Shown in pieces: positions 29,035 to 38,482 of a stretch of 64,000 nucleotides of DNA. Position 1 is the first letter of the stretch. Each line of letters starts with the position of its first letter. The stretch spans positions 7,751 to 71,750 of the forward strand of contig CAZFRF010000001.1 of assembly GCA_964521295.1 (NCBI GenBank), in the 5' to 3' direction. The DNA comes from an uncultured Gammaproteobacteria bacterium (lineage in GTDB: Bacteria > Patescibacteriota > Microgenomatia > Levybacterales > UBA12049). Both the position numbers and the translations under genes were made by a program. Below the pieces are notes generated by a model, which was not told the origin of the DNA, ran no database searches, and saw nothing but the letters and a program-made list of their open reading frames with translations.

Positions 29035-30280
29035 GAGATATACATTAGTTTTTCCAAAGACCCAAAAGAATCCACCAAGCGGAGCAGAAGCAGAGAATCA
29101 TAAATTATTAGTAAGAGCTGGTTTTATAGATCAATTAATGGCAGGATCTTTTACTTTGCTTCCTTTGGGTTTTAGAGTCATAACCAAAATAAACAACATA
29201 ATTAGAGATGAGTTGAATAAAACAGGAGCACAAGAGTTATTGATGCCTCTTTTGCATCCAAAAGAAATTTGGGATCAAACTGGTAGATGGTCAGATCCTG
29301 ATGTAAAGCAAATTATGTATCAGTTTAAAGATATTCATGATAAAGAATTTGGTCTTTCTTTTACCCATGAGGAAATAGTCATGAATCTTTTATCTAAATA
29401 TATTCAATCATATAAAGATTTACCAGTTAAGATTTATCATTTTTCAACTAAATTTAGAAATGAACCAAGGGCAAAAAGTGGAATATTAAGAGGAAGAGAA
29501 TTTATGATGAAAGATTTATATAGTGCTCATGTTTCTGAGGAGGATATGTATGCATATTACAATTTAGTTAAAGATGTCTATCCAAAAATCTTTAATAGAA
29601 TTGGACTTGAAGTAAAAGTTGTTGAGGCATCGGGTGGAGTTTTTACAGATAAAAACAGTCATGAATTTCAAACTCTTTCCGAAGTTGGCGAAGATACAAT
29701 TTATTATTGCGATTGTGTCACAGGTTGTGATTGTAATTTTGCTGCCAACAAAGAAATATTTAAAGGAGAAGAGGGGGATAAATGTCCAAATTGTGATGAT
29801 TGTAAGGTTAAATCTGCAAAATCAATTGAAGTTGGAAACATTTTCCCATTAGGCACAAAATATTCCCAAAATATGAATGTTCTGTACACAGATAAAGACG
29901 GAAATAAAAAGCCAATTTGGTTTGCAAGTTATGGGATTGGGCCAACTAGAGTAATGGGAACTTTAGTTGAAGTATTTCATGACGATAAGGGAATTGTTTG
30001 GCCAAAATCAGTTGCTCCATTTGCGGTCCATTTGATTAGTCTAGGTAAAGATGAAGAAGCTGTAAAAATTGAAGAAGAACTTGAAAAATTAGGCATCGAA
30101 GTTTTACTTGATGACAGGGATGTAAATGCAGGTCAGAAATTTTCCGATGCTGATTTAATTGGAATTCCAGTTAGATTAGTTGTGTCTCAAAAAACAGAAG
30201 GAAAGATTGAATATAAAGAAAGAGCAAGTTCTGAATCTGAGCTTTTAACTCTAGAAGAAGTAATAGCTAAATTAAAATAA
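29027..30280 (+). CDS. proS: Prolyl-tRNA synthetase, compact form with Cys-rich zinc-ribbon insertion and no editing domain
   Basis: Class-II motif 2 FRNEPRAKSGILRGREFMMKDLYSAH (ProRS-like); CDCVTGCDC...CPNCDDC insertion; C-terminal anticodon-binding domain. The listed start 28907 overlaps the upstream minus gene; ATG at 29027 preferred. Confidence 0.78.
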   Translation: MNMRYTLVFPKTQKNPPSGAEAENHKLLVRAGFIDQLMAGSFTLLPLGFRVITKINNIIRDELNKTGAQELLMPLLHPKEIWDQTGRWSDPDVKQIMYQFKDIHDKEFGLSFTHEEIVMNLLSKYIQSYKDLPVKIYHFSTKFRNEPRAKSGILRGREFMMKDLYSAHVSEEDMYAYYNLVKDVYPKIFNRIGLEVKVVEASGGVFTDKNSHEFQTLSEVGEDTIYYCDCVTGCDCNFAANKEIFKGEEGDKCPNCDDCKVKSAKSIEVGNIFPLGTKYSQNMNVLYTDKDGNKKPIWFASYGIGPTRVMGTLVEVFHDDKGIVWPKSVAPFAVHLISLGKDEEAVKIEEELEKLGIEVLLDDRDVNAGQKFSDADLIGIPVRLVVSQKTEGKIEYKERASSESELLTLEEVIAKLK

Positions 30281-30697
30281 GCCGAAATATTTAGCCACGA
30301 CGATCGTATAACCTATAAAAAAGATTGTTCCACCGATAATAAGCAAAACTCCCGTTATATTTAAACCCTTCTTTTTTACTTGAGGACTACTAGAAGGAGA
30401 GCTAGTAAATACACTTGAGCTAAGGGTTGGGGCAGGTTCGGTATTTGTGGGGGTAGCTATTGGCTCAGGTTTGGTAACTTCAGGCGTGTAGACTTGAGTT
30501 TGCATTATTGGCGTGTTCTGTTGTTGCGGTGCCTGTGGTAATGGTTCAGTGGGAGTAGTTGGCGTTGTTGCTGCTTGAGTTGGAGGTGGTGGAGGAGGAG
30601 TTTGAGTAGTTTGGCCTGGGGTAAAATTAGAACCCATAATTCTATCATAGGCTGCTTTTAATTTTGGATCTAAATCATTTATGTTTTTAGGATTCAT
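30272..30697 (-). CDS. Pro/Thr-rich tail-anchored membrane protein
   Basis: PPPPPPTQAATTPTTPTEP low-complexity stretch followed by a C-terminal TM helix. Confidence 0.4.
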   Translation of the reverse strand: MNPKNINDLDPKLKAAYDRIMGSNFTPGQTTQTPPPPPPTQAATTPTTPTEPLPQAPQQQNTPIMQTQVYTPEVTKPEPIATPTNTEPAPTLSSSVFTSSPSSSPQVKKKGLNITGVLLIIGGTIFFIGYTIVVAKYFGLF

Positions 30698-30781
30698 GGG
30701 TTTAGTTTATTATAGCTTTTTTAACTTAAGTTGTGTCAAGTGCTCCTTTAAATCTGAGGCTAAAAAAGGTATAATCTAATT

Positions 30782-31684
30782 ATGAAAATTATTGTTGCAC
30801 ATGCATCTCCAGATATGGATGCTATTACGTCTGTTTGGCTGTTAAAAAGCTTTTTTCCTGGTTGGGAAAAAGCTGAAGTTAAATTTGTTCCAGCTGGTCA
30901 GAGAATGGGTAATTTGACAGAGGATCAGGTTTTGAAATTAACAGATCCAATTGAAAATATTTCTGGCAATGAAGTAATTCATGTTGATACAGGTATGGGA
31001 CCTTTGGATCATCATCAAACTTCTGATACAAAAGTTTGCGCAACTTCTAAAACTTATGACTTCGTAAAACCATATATTATGGGTAAAAGCTCAACAACTC
31101 CAGAAAAAATTGAAGGATTAGAAAGAATTGTTAGATATGTAGTAGATATTGATCATTTTCAGGAAGTATTCAGAGCTGAGCCTTTAGCAAATTATAATAA
31201 TTTTTCAATTGTAGATATTTTAGATGGATTAAAATTACAAAAACCAAATGACGATTTATATTATGTTACCTTTATTAGTCTTTGTTTGGATGCTCTTTTG
31301 CACGATTTAGAGAATAGTGTTTGGGCAGAGTCTGAAATTAAAAATAAGGGAATTGAATTTGAAACAAAATATGGTAAGGGCTTAGGACTTGAATCGATTA
31401 ATGATAACGTAGTTAAGCTGGCACAACTCATGGGATATATTTTGGTTGTGAGAAAAGATCCACGTAAAGGATATGTTCGAATAAAAACTAAACCTGATGC
31501 GGAGGGTCAAAAAGGAATTGATTTAACTTTGGCTTCTGAAAAGCTAAAGAAAATGGATCCAAATGCAACATGGTTTTTACATGTTTCCAAGAAAATGCTT
31601 TTGAACGGAACACCAAAGAATCCTAAAATGAGGCCTACGAAATTAACATTAGCTGAAATTATTGATGTATTAAAAGGAGTGTAA
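30782..31684 (+). CDS. DHH-family phosphoesterase (NrnA-like)
   Basis: N-terminal HASPDMDAITS and a DHH motif (GPLDHHQTS). Confidence 0.6.
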   Translation: MKIIVAHASPDMDAITSVWLLKSFFPGWEKAEVKFVPAGQRMGNLTEDQVLKLTDPIENISGNEVIHVDTGMGPLDHHQTSDTKVCATSKTYDFVKPYIMGKSSTTPEKIEGLERIVRYVVDIDHFQEVFRAEPLANYNNFSIVDILDGLKLQKPNDDLYYVTFISLCLDALLHDLENSVWAESEIKNKGIEFETKYGKGLGLESINDNVVKLAQLMGYILVVRKDPRKGYVRIKTKPDAEGQKGIDLTLASEKLKKMDPNATWFLHVSKKMLLNGTPKNPKMRPTKLTLAEIIDVLKGV

Positions 31685-31686
31685 TT

Positions 31687-32091
31687 ATGGATAATTGTAT
31701 TTTTTGTAAATTAGTTAACCGAGAAATACCCTCTCTTAAAGTGTATGAAGATAGCGAGACTGTTTCATTTATGGAGCTAAATCCATCTGCGTCAGGACAT
31801 GTAATGGTAATTTTAAAAAAACATGGCAAAAGTATTTTAGATTATACTCAAGATGAACTTGGCAAATTAATGAGTTCAGTTTCAATACTTTCTCAAAAAA
31901 TTCAAACAGCTTTAAATTCTGATTCAATAACAATTGGCATAAATCATCTGGAAAAAAAAGGCGTACCACATTTACATGTTCATTTAATTCCAAGATGGGA
32001 AAATGATAAGGGTGGAGTAATTCAAAGTATAGTAGATAATAAAAGTGATAAAACTAGAGAAGAGATTGCTGAAATGTTAAAAAAAGCGTAA
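31687..32091 (+). CDS. HIT-family hydrolase
   Basis: Histidine triad HLHVHLIPR. Confidence 0.82.
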   Translation: MDNCIFCKLVNREIPSLKVYEDSETVSFMELNPSASGHVMVILKKHGKSILDYTQDELGKLMSSVSILSQKIQTALNSDSITIGINHLEKKGVPHLHVHLIPRWENDKGGVIQSIVDNKSDKTREEIAEMLKKA

Positions 32092-32128
32092 AATGTTTTA
32101 GATATTTTAAAGGAGGTGTTTATTTATT

Positions 32129-32314
32129 ATGGTAGTAGTTAAAAAACAACCAGGAGATAGCGACGAAACTTTAATTAGAAAATTTTCTAGAAAAGTTATG
32201 TCTGAGGGAATCTTACAAGAAGCAAAAAGAAGAGAATTTTATCTTAAACCCTCTCAAGCTCGTAAGCAAAAAGAGCAAGATGAGAGAAGAGCTAAGAGAA
32301 TACCCACAGTCTAA
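32129..32314 (+). CDS. rpsU: 30S ribosomal protein S21
   Basis: 61 aa, basic, with FSRKV...RREFYLKPSQARKQK pattern. Confidence 0.78.
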   Translation: MVVVKKQPGDSDETLIRKFSRKVMSEGILQEAKRREFYLKPSQARKQKEQDERRAKRIPTV

Positions 32315-32319
32315 TTTTT

Positions 32320-32709
32320 ATGGATAAAAAAGTTTCCGTTTTAATCTTTGTTGAAAGTAGATACAAAGTTAATAGAAAAAGAATTAAACAAACTGTTGAA
32401 AAAGTAATTTCTAGAAATGAAGTTACGGGACCAGTTGAGGTTTCTGTTGCAATTGTTGGCGATCGTAAAATGCGTGAGCTCTCCAAAAAATATAAAGGAG
32501 AAGACAAGACTAGAAACATATTATCTTTTTCTCAATCTGAGGGGGATGTGATTGAAGCACCAAAAGATAAATTAAGACTTGGAGATATTGTACTTTCATA
32601 TCCAGTTGTAATACTTGATGCAGTCAGAGATGAAATGCTAGTTGATGATAAAGTAGATCAATTAGTTGAACATGGTTTGGAGCATTTACTAGGATTACAT
32701 CACGAGTAG
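32320..32709 (+). CDS. ybeY: rRNA maturation endoribonuclease YbeY
   Basis: C-terminal HGLEHLLGLHHE zinc-binding motif. Confidence 0.82.
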   Translation: MDKKVSVLIFVESRYKVNRKRIKQTVEKVISRNEVTGPVEVSVAIVGDRKMRELSKKYKGEDKTRNILSFSQSEGDVIEAPKDKLRLGDIVLSYPVVILDAVRDEMLVDDKVDQLVEHGLEHLLGLHHE

Positions 32710-32716
32710 TAAAGTT

Positions 32717-34144
32717 ATGGTTTTTTACCGAAAATACAGGCCTCAAAAGATTTCAGATTTAGACAGTAAAGCTGTAAGAGACAGTTTGTATTCTATTTTT
32801 TCTAAAAGAGATTTTCCTCATGCGTTTTTGTTTTCTGGTCCTAAGGGGTTAGGTAAGACATCAACTGCTAGGATTGTTGCTAAGGTTATTAATTGTGAAA
32901 AACATAAAGATCTAAAAGGAAAGCTTGAGGAAAAAGATATTGAGCCATGTAATAAGTGTAGCGAATGTGAAACCATTACTAATGGTAATAATTTTGATGT
33001 ATTTGAGATCGATGGTGCGTCAAACAGGGGAATTGATGAGATTAGAGATTTAAAAGAAAAAATTAATTTACTTCCTAGTAAAGCATTCAAGAAAATATAC
33101 ATTATTGATGAGGTTCACATGTTAACAACTGAGGCATTTAATGCATTATTAAAAACCTTAGAAGAGCCTCCGGCTCATGCAGTCTTTATTCTTTGTACGA
33201 CAGAGTTTCATAAATTACCAGAAACCATTATTTCTCGATGTTTCAGGATCGATTTTAAGAAAGCAACTCATGAAGAAATAGCTAGAAGTTTACAGAGAAT
33301 AGTAAAGGGCGAGGAAATAAAAATTGATGAGGATGTGCTTTTAGAAATTGCGAAAATGGCAGATGGAAGTTTTAGAGACAGCTCGAAAATTTTAGAAGAA
33401 TTAGCGATTTGGGCTGGAGAAAAGAAAGTTACCCTTGCTTTACTTGAAGAAAAATACAACATGTTGGGGATTGATAAGACTCTAAGCGATTTCGTAAATC
33501 TCCTAAAATTAAAAGACGCTAAAAAAACTCTTGAATTAATTGGAAAAATTGCAGATTCAGGAATGGATTTTAAATTTTTTGTTGAGAATCTAATAAATAA
33601 ACTACATGTCTTACTTTTAGCTAAACATGGAGTAGGAGAAAAGCAGGAAACAGAATTAGAGGTTTTGGAAATTAAGAAAATTTTAGAAAATCTTTCAAAA
33701 GTATATTTAGAAATAAAATCTGCAGTTTTACCTCAGCTTCCACTAGAAATTTTTATTGTTGAATGGATGAGTACAGATTTGTCGGCAGCAACAAAAGTAG
33801 AGGTTGAAGAAACTGTGGAAAAAGCTAAGACCGAAATGAAAACGGAAATTATAAGACAAACAGACTCGAAAGCAGAAGTTAAAAAAGAAAACTCAACAGT
33901 ATCTAAGTCAGGTAGTTTTGCTAGTGATTTTATTAATGAAGTTAAAAATCATAATCATTTACTTGCTGGCGTTTTGAGAAGTTGTGAGGTTGAGAGTGGC
34001 AAGGACAACTTAGTGCAAATTTCTGCAATTTCTAAATTTCACAAAGAGAAGCTTGAAGAAGAGAAATCTATTATAATATTACAGGAAGTAGCTGAAAAGC
34101 TAACGGGAGTAAGACAACAAATATCTATTGTTTTAAGGGGGTGA
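32717..34144 (+). CDS. dnaX: DNA polymerase III subunit gamma/tau
   Basis: YRPQKISDL...GPKGLGKTS AAA+ Walker A, a Cys4 zinc module and an SRC motif. Confidence 0.85.
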   Translation: MVFYRKYRPQKISDLDSKAVRDSLYSIFSKRDFPHAFLFSGPKGLGKTSTARIVAKVINCEKHKDLKGKLEEKDIEPCNKCSECETITNGNNFDVFEIDGASNRGIDEIRDLKEKINLLPSKAFKKIYIIDEVHMLTTEAFNALLKTLEEPPAHAVFILCTTEFHKLPETIISRCFRIDFKKATHEEIARSLQRIVKGEEIKIDEDVLLEIAKMADGSFRDSSKILEELAIWAGEKKVTLALLEEKYNMLGIDKTLSDFVNLLKLKDAKKTLELIGKIADSGMDFKFFVENLINKLHVLLLAKHGVGEKQETELEVLEIKKILENLSKVYLEIKSAVLPQLPLEIFIVEWMSTDLSAATKVEVEETVEKAKTEMKTEIIRQTDSKAEVKKENSTVSKSGSFASDFINEVKNHNHLLAGVLRSCEVESGKDNLVQISAISKFHKEKLEEEKSIIILQEVAEKLTGVRQQISIVLRG

Positions 34145-34150
34145 ATTTTA

Positions 34151-34432
34151 ATGAATAATCCATTTTCACAATTAGGAGAGCTTAAGAAAATGCGTGATCA
34201 GGCTATGCAAATTCAAAAGCAATTACAAGCTGAAGAAGTAACTGTTGAAAAAAACGGTGTTAACATCGTTATCACTGGGGATCAGAAAATTAAAGAAATT
34301 CAAACCAATGGTAAATCAGACAACGACATCAAGGAAGCAGTGAACGAAGCGATCAAAAAATCTCAAGAAGTTGCTGCTAGGAAACTTGCTACGATGCAGG
34401 GAGGTTTAGGGGGGCTTTTGGGAGGACAATAA
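34151..34432 (+). CDS. ybaB: Nucleoid-associated protein YbaB/EbfC
   Basis: 93 aa; conserved dnaX-ybaB-recR gene order; C-terminal Gly-rich tail. Confidence 0.78.
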   Translation: MNNPFSQLGELKKMRDQAMQIQKQLQAEEVTVEKNGVNIVITGDQKIKEIQTNGKSDNDIKEAVNEAIKKSQEVAARKLATMQGGLGGLLGGQ

Positions 34433-35040
34433 TGCAAATTCCCAAAACGATCCAAAAGCTGATTGAATCATTTGAAAAGTTACCAGGCGTTGGTCCAAAG
34501 ACCGCGCAAAGATTAACTTTTTATTTGTTGCATGTTCCTCAAGAGCAATTAGAAGAATTTGCTTATGCTCTTTCTAATTTAAAAAGAAATACAATTCTTT
34601 GCAGTAATTGCTATATGATTGATGAATCAGATCCATGTAGTATTTGTTCAAATGCTGATCGAGATCAAAGTTTAATTTGCGTAGTCGAGCAGCCCTTAGA
34701 CGTCTTAGCTCTAGAAAAAAATGGTAGATATAAAGGGATTTACCATGTTTTACATGGTAAAATTGATCCTTTAAATAATATTGGACCAGAAGAGATATTT
34801 ATTGGCCAACTAATGGCAAGATTAAAAAGAAAAGGTGAAGTAGTTAAGGAAATAATTTTAGCTACAAATCCAACTATGGAGGGTGAGGCAACCGCGATGT
34901 ATATAGCCAAACAAATAAGAAGTCTAAATCCAGATTTAAGAGTTACTAGAATTGGTAGAGGGCTTCCAGTTGGAGCAGATTTAGAGTATGCTGATGATAT
35001 AACTTTGCAAAGAGCAATGGAAGGAAGAAGCGAAATATAA
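34432..35040 (+). CDS. recR: Recombination protein RecR
   Basis: HhH LPGVGPKTAQR, a C4 zinc finger and a Toprim domain. Confidence 0.9.
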   Translation: MQIPKTIQKLIESFEKLPGVGPKTAQRLTFYLLHVPQEQLEEFAYALSNLKRNTILCSNCYMIDESDPCSICSNADRDQSLICVVEQPLDVLALEKNGRYKGIYHVLHGKIDPLNNIGPEEIFIGQLMARLKRKGEVVKEIILATNPTMEGEATAMYIAKQIRSLNPDLRVTRIGRGLPVGADLEYADDITLQRAMEGRSEI

Positions 35041-35552
35041 TGATAGATCCAAATAGTCAATTAGGGGAGCTTTTAGAACAAGGGCAGCAAGTTGCCCAAA
35101 CTCAAACTCAAGATGTAGTTCAAAGATTGAGGGGACAAGTTATTGGTTCAACTCTAAAGCAAGCCTCTTCACAAGTACAAACCCCAAGTAATTTTGAACC
35201 GGCAGGTAAAGGAGATGATCATGAATCAGCGCAAAGAACACAGGAGATGGTAAGAGATTTTTATGCACCATCTGAAGATCAGCTAGATCCCGCGCCGCAT
35301 GATGCTAATAAAGATGCTGAGCATTTATCCAATATCAGAAAGCAATTAGGGGAGATGCACAGGGCAACATATTATGATCCACTTTTTGCTCATGAAACAA
35401 GAAAAGAGTCAACAATAAAAGAAGAGCAAGAAGCAGAAGAAAAGCAGCAAAAAATGCAGGATTTAGAATTTCAAAAAGCTAAAGATGATCAAGCTTTTGC
35501 AGTTCAATTAGCAGCCCAGAAAACAGAGAGATTCCCAGGTATAAGTGGTTAA
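35040..35552 (+). CDS. Gln/Glu-rich hypothetical protein
   Basis: ORF translationally coupled to recR (TAATG junction) and cysS; low-complexity sequence. Confidence 0.4.
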   Translation: MIDPNSQLGELLEQGQQVAQTQTQDVVQRLRGQVIGSTLKQASSQVQTPSNFEPAGKGDDHESAQRTQEMVRDFYAPSEDQLDPAPHDANKDAEHLSNIRKQLGEMHRATYYDPLFAHETRKESTIKEEQEAEEKQQKMQDLEFQKAKDDQAFAVQLAAQKTERFPGISG

Positions 35553-36882
35553 TATGTTAAAAATATATAATACATTATCGCATTTAGTAGAAGAATTTAA
35601 GCCTATAAACGCTTCACAAGTTGGTATGTATTCCTGTGGTCCCACGGTATACGATTTTGCGCACATAGGTCATATGCGTACCTATGTAGGAACAGATATA
35701 TTAATTAGTGTATTAAAAGCAAATGGTTTCGTAGTAAAACCAGTAATGAATATTACTGATGTAGGACATTTAACTTCTGATGCTGATACAGGGGAAGATA
35801 AAATGGAAAAAGGCGCTAAAAAATTTGGCATGAGCGTTTGGGATATAGCTAAAAAATTTGAGGCACAATTTAAGGATTCATGTAAGCTTTTAAATATAAC
35901 TTTACCCAAAGATTTAATGCATGCAACAGATTATATTCCGGAGCAAATTGAATTAGTTAAGAAGTTAGAGGAAAAAGGTTTTACATATCAAACAGCCGAT
36001 GGAATATATTTTGATACTTCAAAATTTGCAGATTATTTTAAGCTTTCTAGACAAAATCCTGATGAATTAAAAGGTGGAATAAGAGTCGATTTGGGAGATA
36101 AAAAGAATATTACTGATTTTGCATTATGGAAATTTTCTCCACAAGGAGAAAAACGTCAGATGGAATGGGATAGTCCTTGGGGAGTAGGTTTTCCTGGATG
36201 GCACATTGAATGTTCTGCTATGAGTATGAAGGCATTAGGAGAGTCTTTTGATATCCATACGGGTGGAGTAGATCATATTAATATTCACCACACAAATGAA
36301 ATTGCTCAGTCAGAGGCAGTAACTGGAAAAAGGTTTGTAAATTATTGGGTGCATTATAATCATTTATTAGTCGAAGGCGAAAAGATGAGTAAGAGCTTAG
36401 GTAATATTTATACTGCAGAGGATATAGTTACTAAAGGATTTGATCCTTTAAGCTTAAGATATTTATTTTTACAGACTCATTATAGGCAAGAAATGAATTT
36501 TACTTGGGATGCTTTAAAAGCAGCGCAAACTGCTTTAAACAAATTAAGAATTGAATATTACAAATTAACTTCTGGAAAAATTAATAATGAATTTAAAGAT
36601 AATTTTTTAGCTGCTGTTAATGATGATCTAAATTTAGCAAAAGCATTAGCTTTAATTTGGGAAGAAATAAAAAAAGGAACTACTAGAGAAACAATAGGTT
36701 TTGCAGATGATGTGTTGGGCCTAAGGTTAGCAGAATATAAACCACTGGTTTTAGAATATCCCAAAGAAATCCAAATGCTGTTAGAAAAAAGAGAAGAATT
36801 AAGAAAACAAAAAAACTATGAAGAATCAGATAAGATTAGAGATGAGATAATAAAGCTTGGATACGAAGTAAAAGATAATTAA
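35545..36882 (+). CDS. cysS: Cysteinyl-tRNA synthetase
   Basis: HIGH (AHIGHMRT) and KMSKS motifs. Confidence 0.9.
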   Translation: MVNMLKIYNTLSHLVEEFKPINASQVGMYSCGPTVYDFAHIGHMRTYVGTDILISVLKANGFVVKPVMNITDVGHLTSDADTGEDKMEKGAKKFGMSVWDIAKKFEAQFKDSCKLLNITLPKDLMHATDYIPEQIELVKKLEEKGFTYQTADGIYFDTSKFADYFKLSRQNPDELKGGIRVDLGDKKNITDFALWKFSPQGEKRQMEWDSPWGVGFPGWHIECSAMSMKALGESFDIHTGGVDHINIHHTNEIAQSEAVTGKRFVNYWVHYNHLLVEGEKMSKSLGNIYTAEDIVTKGFDPLSLRYLFLQTHYRQEMNFTWDALKAAQTALNKLRIEYYKLTSGKINNEFKDNFLAAVNDDLNLAKALALIWEEIKKGTTRETIGFADDVLGLRLAEYKPLVLEYPKEIQMLLEKREELRKQKNYEESDKIRDEIIKLGYEVKDN

Positions 36883-36883
36883 T

Positions 36884-37108
36884 TTATCTCTTTTTAGCTG
36901 GAATTGGGGAATTGCTTCCGTCTGGATAGGGAACATGGCCACGTCTTGGTTTAAAACCTCTTCTTATAAAATCGTCAACCTGACTTAAAATGCCACTAGG
37001 ATGTCTTCCTGCTCTTGCTTCAACTATTTCCTCTGCGCTATTTTCTGCTTGTGTGCCTGGTTTTATTGGGGATACTCTTTGGTCTGGTCCTAGATGATTT
37101 TCTGCCAT
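36884..37108 (-). CDS. Small Arg/Gly/Pro-rich hypothetical protein
   Basis: 74-aa ORF starting 1 nt after the stop of the upstream minus-strand ORF. Confidence 0.3.
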   Translation of the reverse strand: MAENHLGPDQRVSPIKPGTQAENSAEEIVEARAGRHPSGILSQVDDFIRRGFKPRRGHVPYPDGSNSPIPAKKR

Positions 37109-37109
37109 A

Positions 37110-37316
37110 TTAATTTAAGATTTTTCGTGCAATGATTGCGTGTTTTCTTAGAATTTCTCTTTCGTGGTTTGGGTCATTTGGATTTGTTACTCTTGCTGTA
37201 ATTATTCTTGGGGATTCTGAGGTAGAGGAAAAGGAGGGCTTGGAAATCTTGCCCTTATTAATTTTTCCAAAAATAATACCTTTGACAACGTCAACCATAT
37301 CCTTAGGGTAGTACAT
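37110..37316 (-). CDS. Small basic hypothetical protein
   Basis: 68-aa ORF in tandem with the 36884-37108 ORF. Confidence 0.3.
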   Translation of the reverse strand: MYYPKDMVDVVKGIIFGKINKGKISKPSFSSTSESPRIITARVTNPNDPNHEREILRKHAIIARKILN

Positions 37317-37411
37317 GATCTAATTTATGTCAACCCACTAAAATATTCATTGACAAAAGATATAAGTATGTGAGCATAATAAATTAGATAGAAAAAGGGA
37401 GGTGAATTATA

Positions 37412-37567
37412 ATGGCAAAAGCAAAAAAAGCAAAAAAACCAGTTAAAAAAGCTACAAGAGCAGTTTCTAAAAAGAAGCCTTTAGTTGAATATAATTCACT
37501 TACATTTTTATTATTCTTAGCATTTATTTTAGCAATGTCCCTTCTTTTGGTTGCGAAAATAATATAA
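37412..37567 (+). CDS. Small (51 aa) Lys-rich tail-anchored membrane protein, not in the ORF track
   Basis: Strong SD AAGGGAGGTG 7 nt upstream of the ATG; MAKAKKAKKPVKK... followed by a single TM helix. Confidence 0.45.
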   Translation: MAKAKKAKKPVKKATRAVSKKKPLVEYNSLTFLLFLAFILAMSLLLVAKII

Positions 37568-37576
37568 AATTAATGT

Positions 37577-38482
37577 ATGTCAGATTTAGGTTACACCAAG
37601 CCTTTATATATCCTGCCGTTTGATCATAGAGCCACAGTTGTCCAAAAGTTATTTGGATTAAAATCCGCAGAAAATTTAACAGATGAGCAAATCCACTTCA
37701 TGCGCGATTTTAAAATGCTTGTCTATAAAGGATTTAAGAAAGCATTAGAAAAAGGAATCCCTACAGAATATGGAGCAATACTTTGTGATGAAGATTTTGG
37801 AAGCGAGGTATTATTTGACGCTAAACATAATGGTTTCGTAACGCTCTTAACTATTGAAAAAAGTGGAACTGAACTTTTAGAGTTTCAGTATGAGGATTAT
37901 GAAAACCACATTTTAAATTTTAAACCAACGTTCACAAAACTTTTAGTTAAATATAACCCGGAAGATTCACAAGAAAAAAAATTAAAACAGAAAGAAAAAA
38001 TGAAAATTATTAGTGATTTTTCACATAAAAATAATTTTAAATTTCTTTTAGAAGTACTAGTTGTTCCTACTGAAAAACAACTTGAAGAAGCGGGGAGTAG
38101 AGAAGATTATGATTTGAGATTAAGACCAAAGCTAAGCATAGAGGTTATTAAAGATATGCAAAATTTTGGAATTGAGCCAGATGTTTGGAAATTAGAAGGT
38201 TTTGATAGCGAACTGGAATACCAGGAAATTGTAAATACAATTAGACATGGTGGTAGAGACAATGTAAGTCTGGTTATTTTAGGTAGAGGTGCTGACAATG
38301 CAAGAGTTGCCAATTGGTTAAGAGCTGGCGTGAAGGTAGATGGCGTAACTGGTTTTGCAGTTGGTAGAACTATTTTTTGGGATGTAGTAGAAAAGTTCTA
38401 TAAAGGACAAGTGGGAAAAGCAGAAGTTATTGATACGGTTGCGGAAAATTTCTATAAATTTTATAAAGTATTTACCAGTTAG
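37577..38482 (+). CDS. Aldolase-like TIM-barrel family protein (possible DUF2090/IolC-C-terminal-like)
   Basis: N-terminal LYILPFDHR motif resembling that family, recalled from memory only; sugar-metabolism neighbourhood. Confidence 0.3.
   Translation: MSDLGYTKPLYILPFDHRATVVQKLFGLKSAENLTDEQIHFMRDFKMLVYKGFKKALEKGIPTEYGAILCDEDFGSEVLFDAKHNGFVTLLTIEKSGTELLEFQYEDYENHILNFKPTFTKLLVKYNPEDSQEKKLKQKEKMKIISDFSHKNNFKFLLEVLVVPTEKQLEEAGSREDYDLRLRPKLSIEVIKDMQNFGIEPDVWKLEGFDSELEYQEIVNTIRHGGRDNVSLVILGRGADNARVANWLRAGVKVDGVTGFAVGRTIFWDVVEKFYKGQVGKAEVIDTVAENFYKFYKVFTS

Noticed and set aside
36558-36764. Minus-strand 68-aa ORF within cysS
   Set aside because: Antisense to a conserved aaRS coding region.
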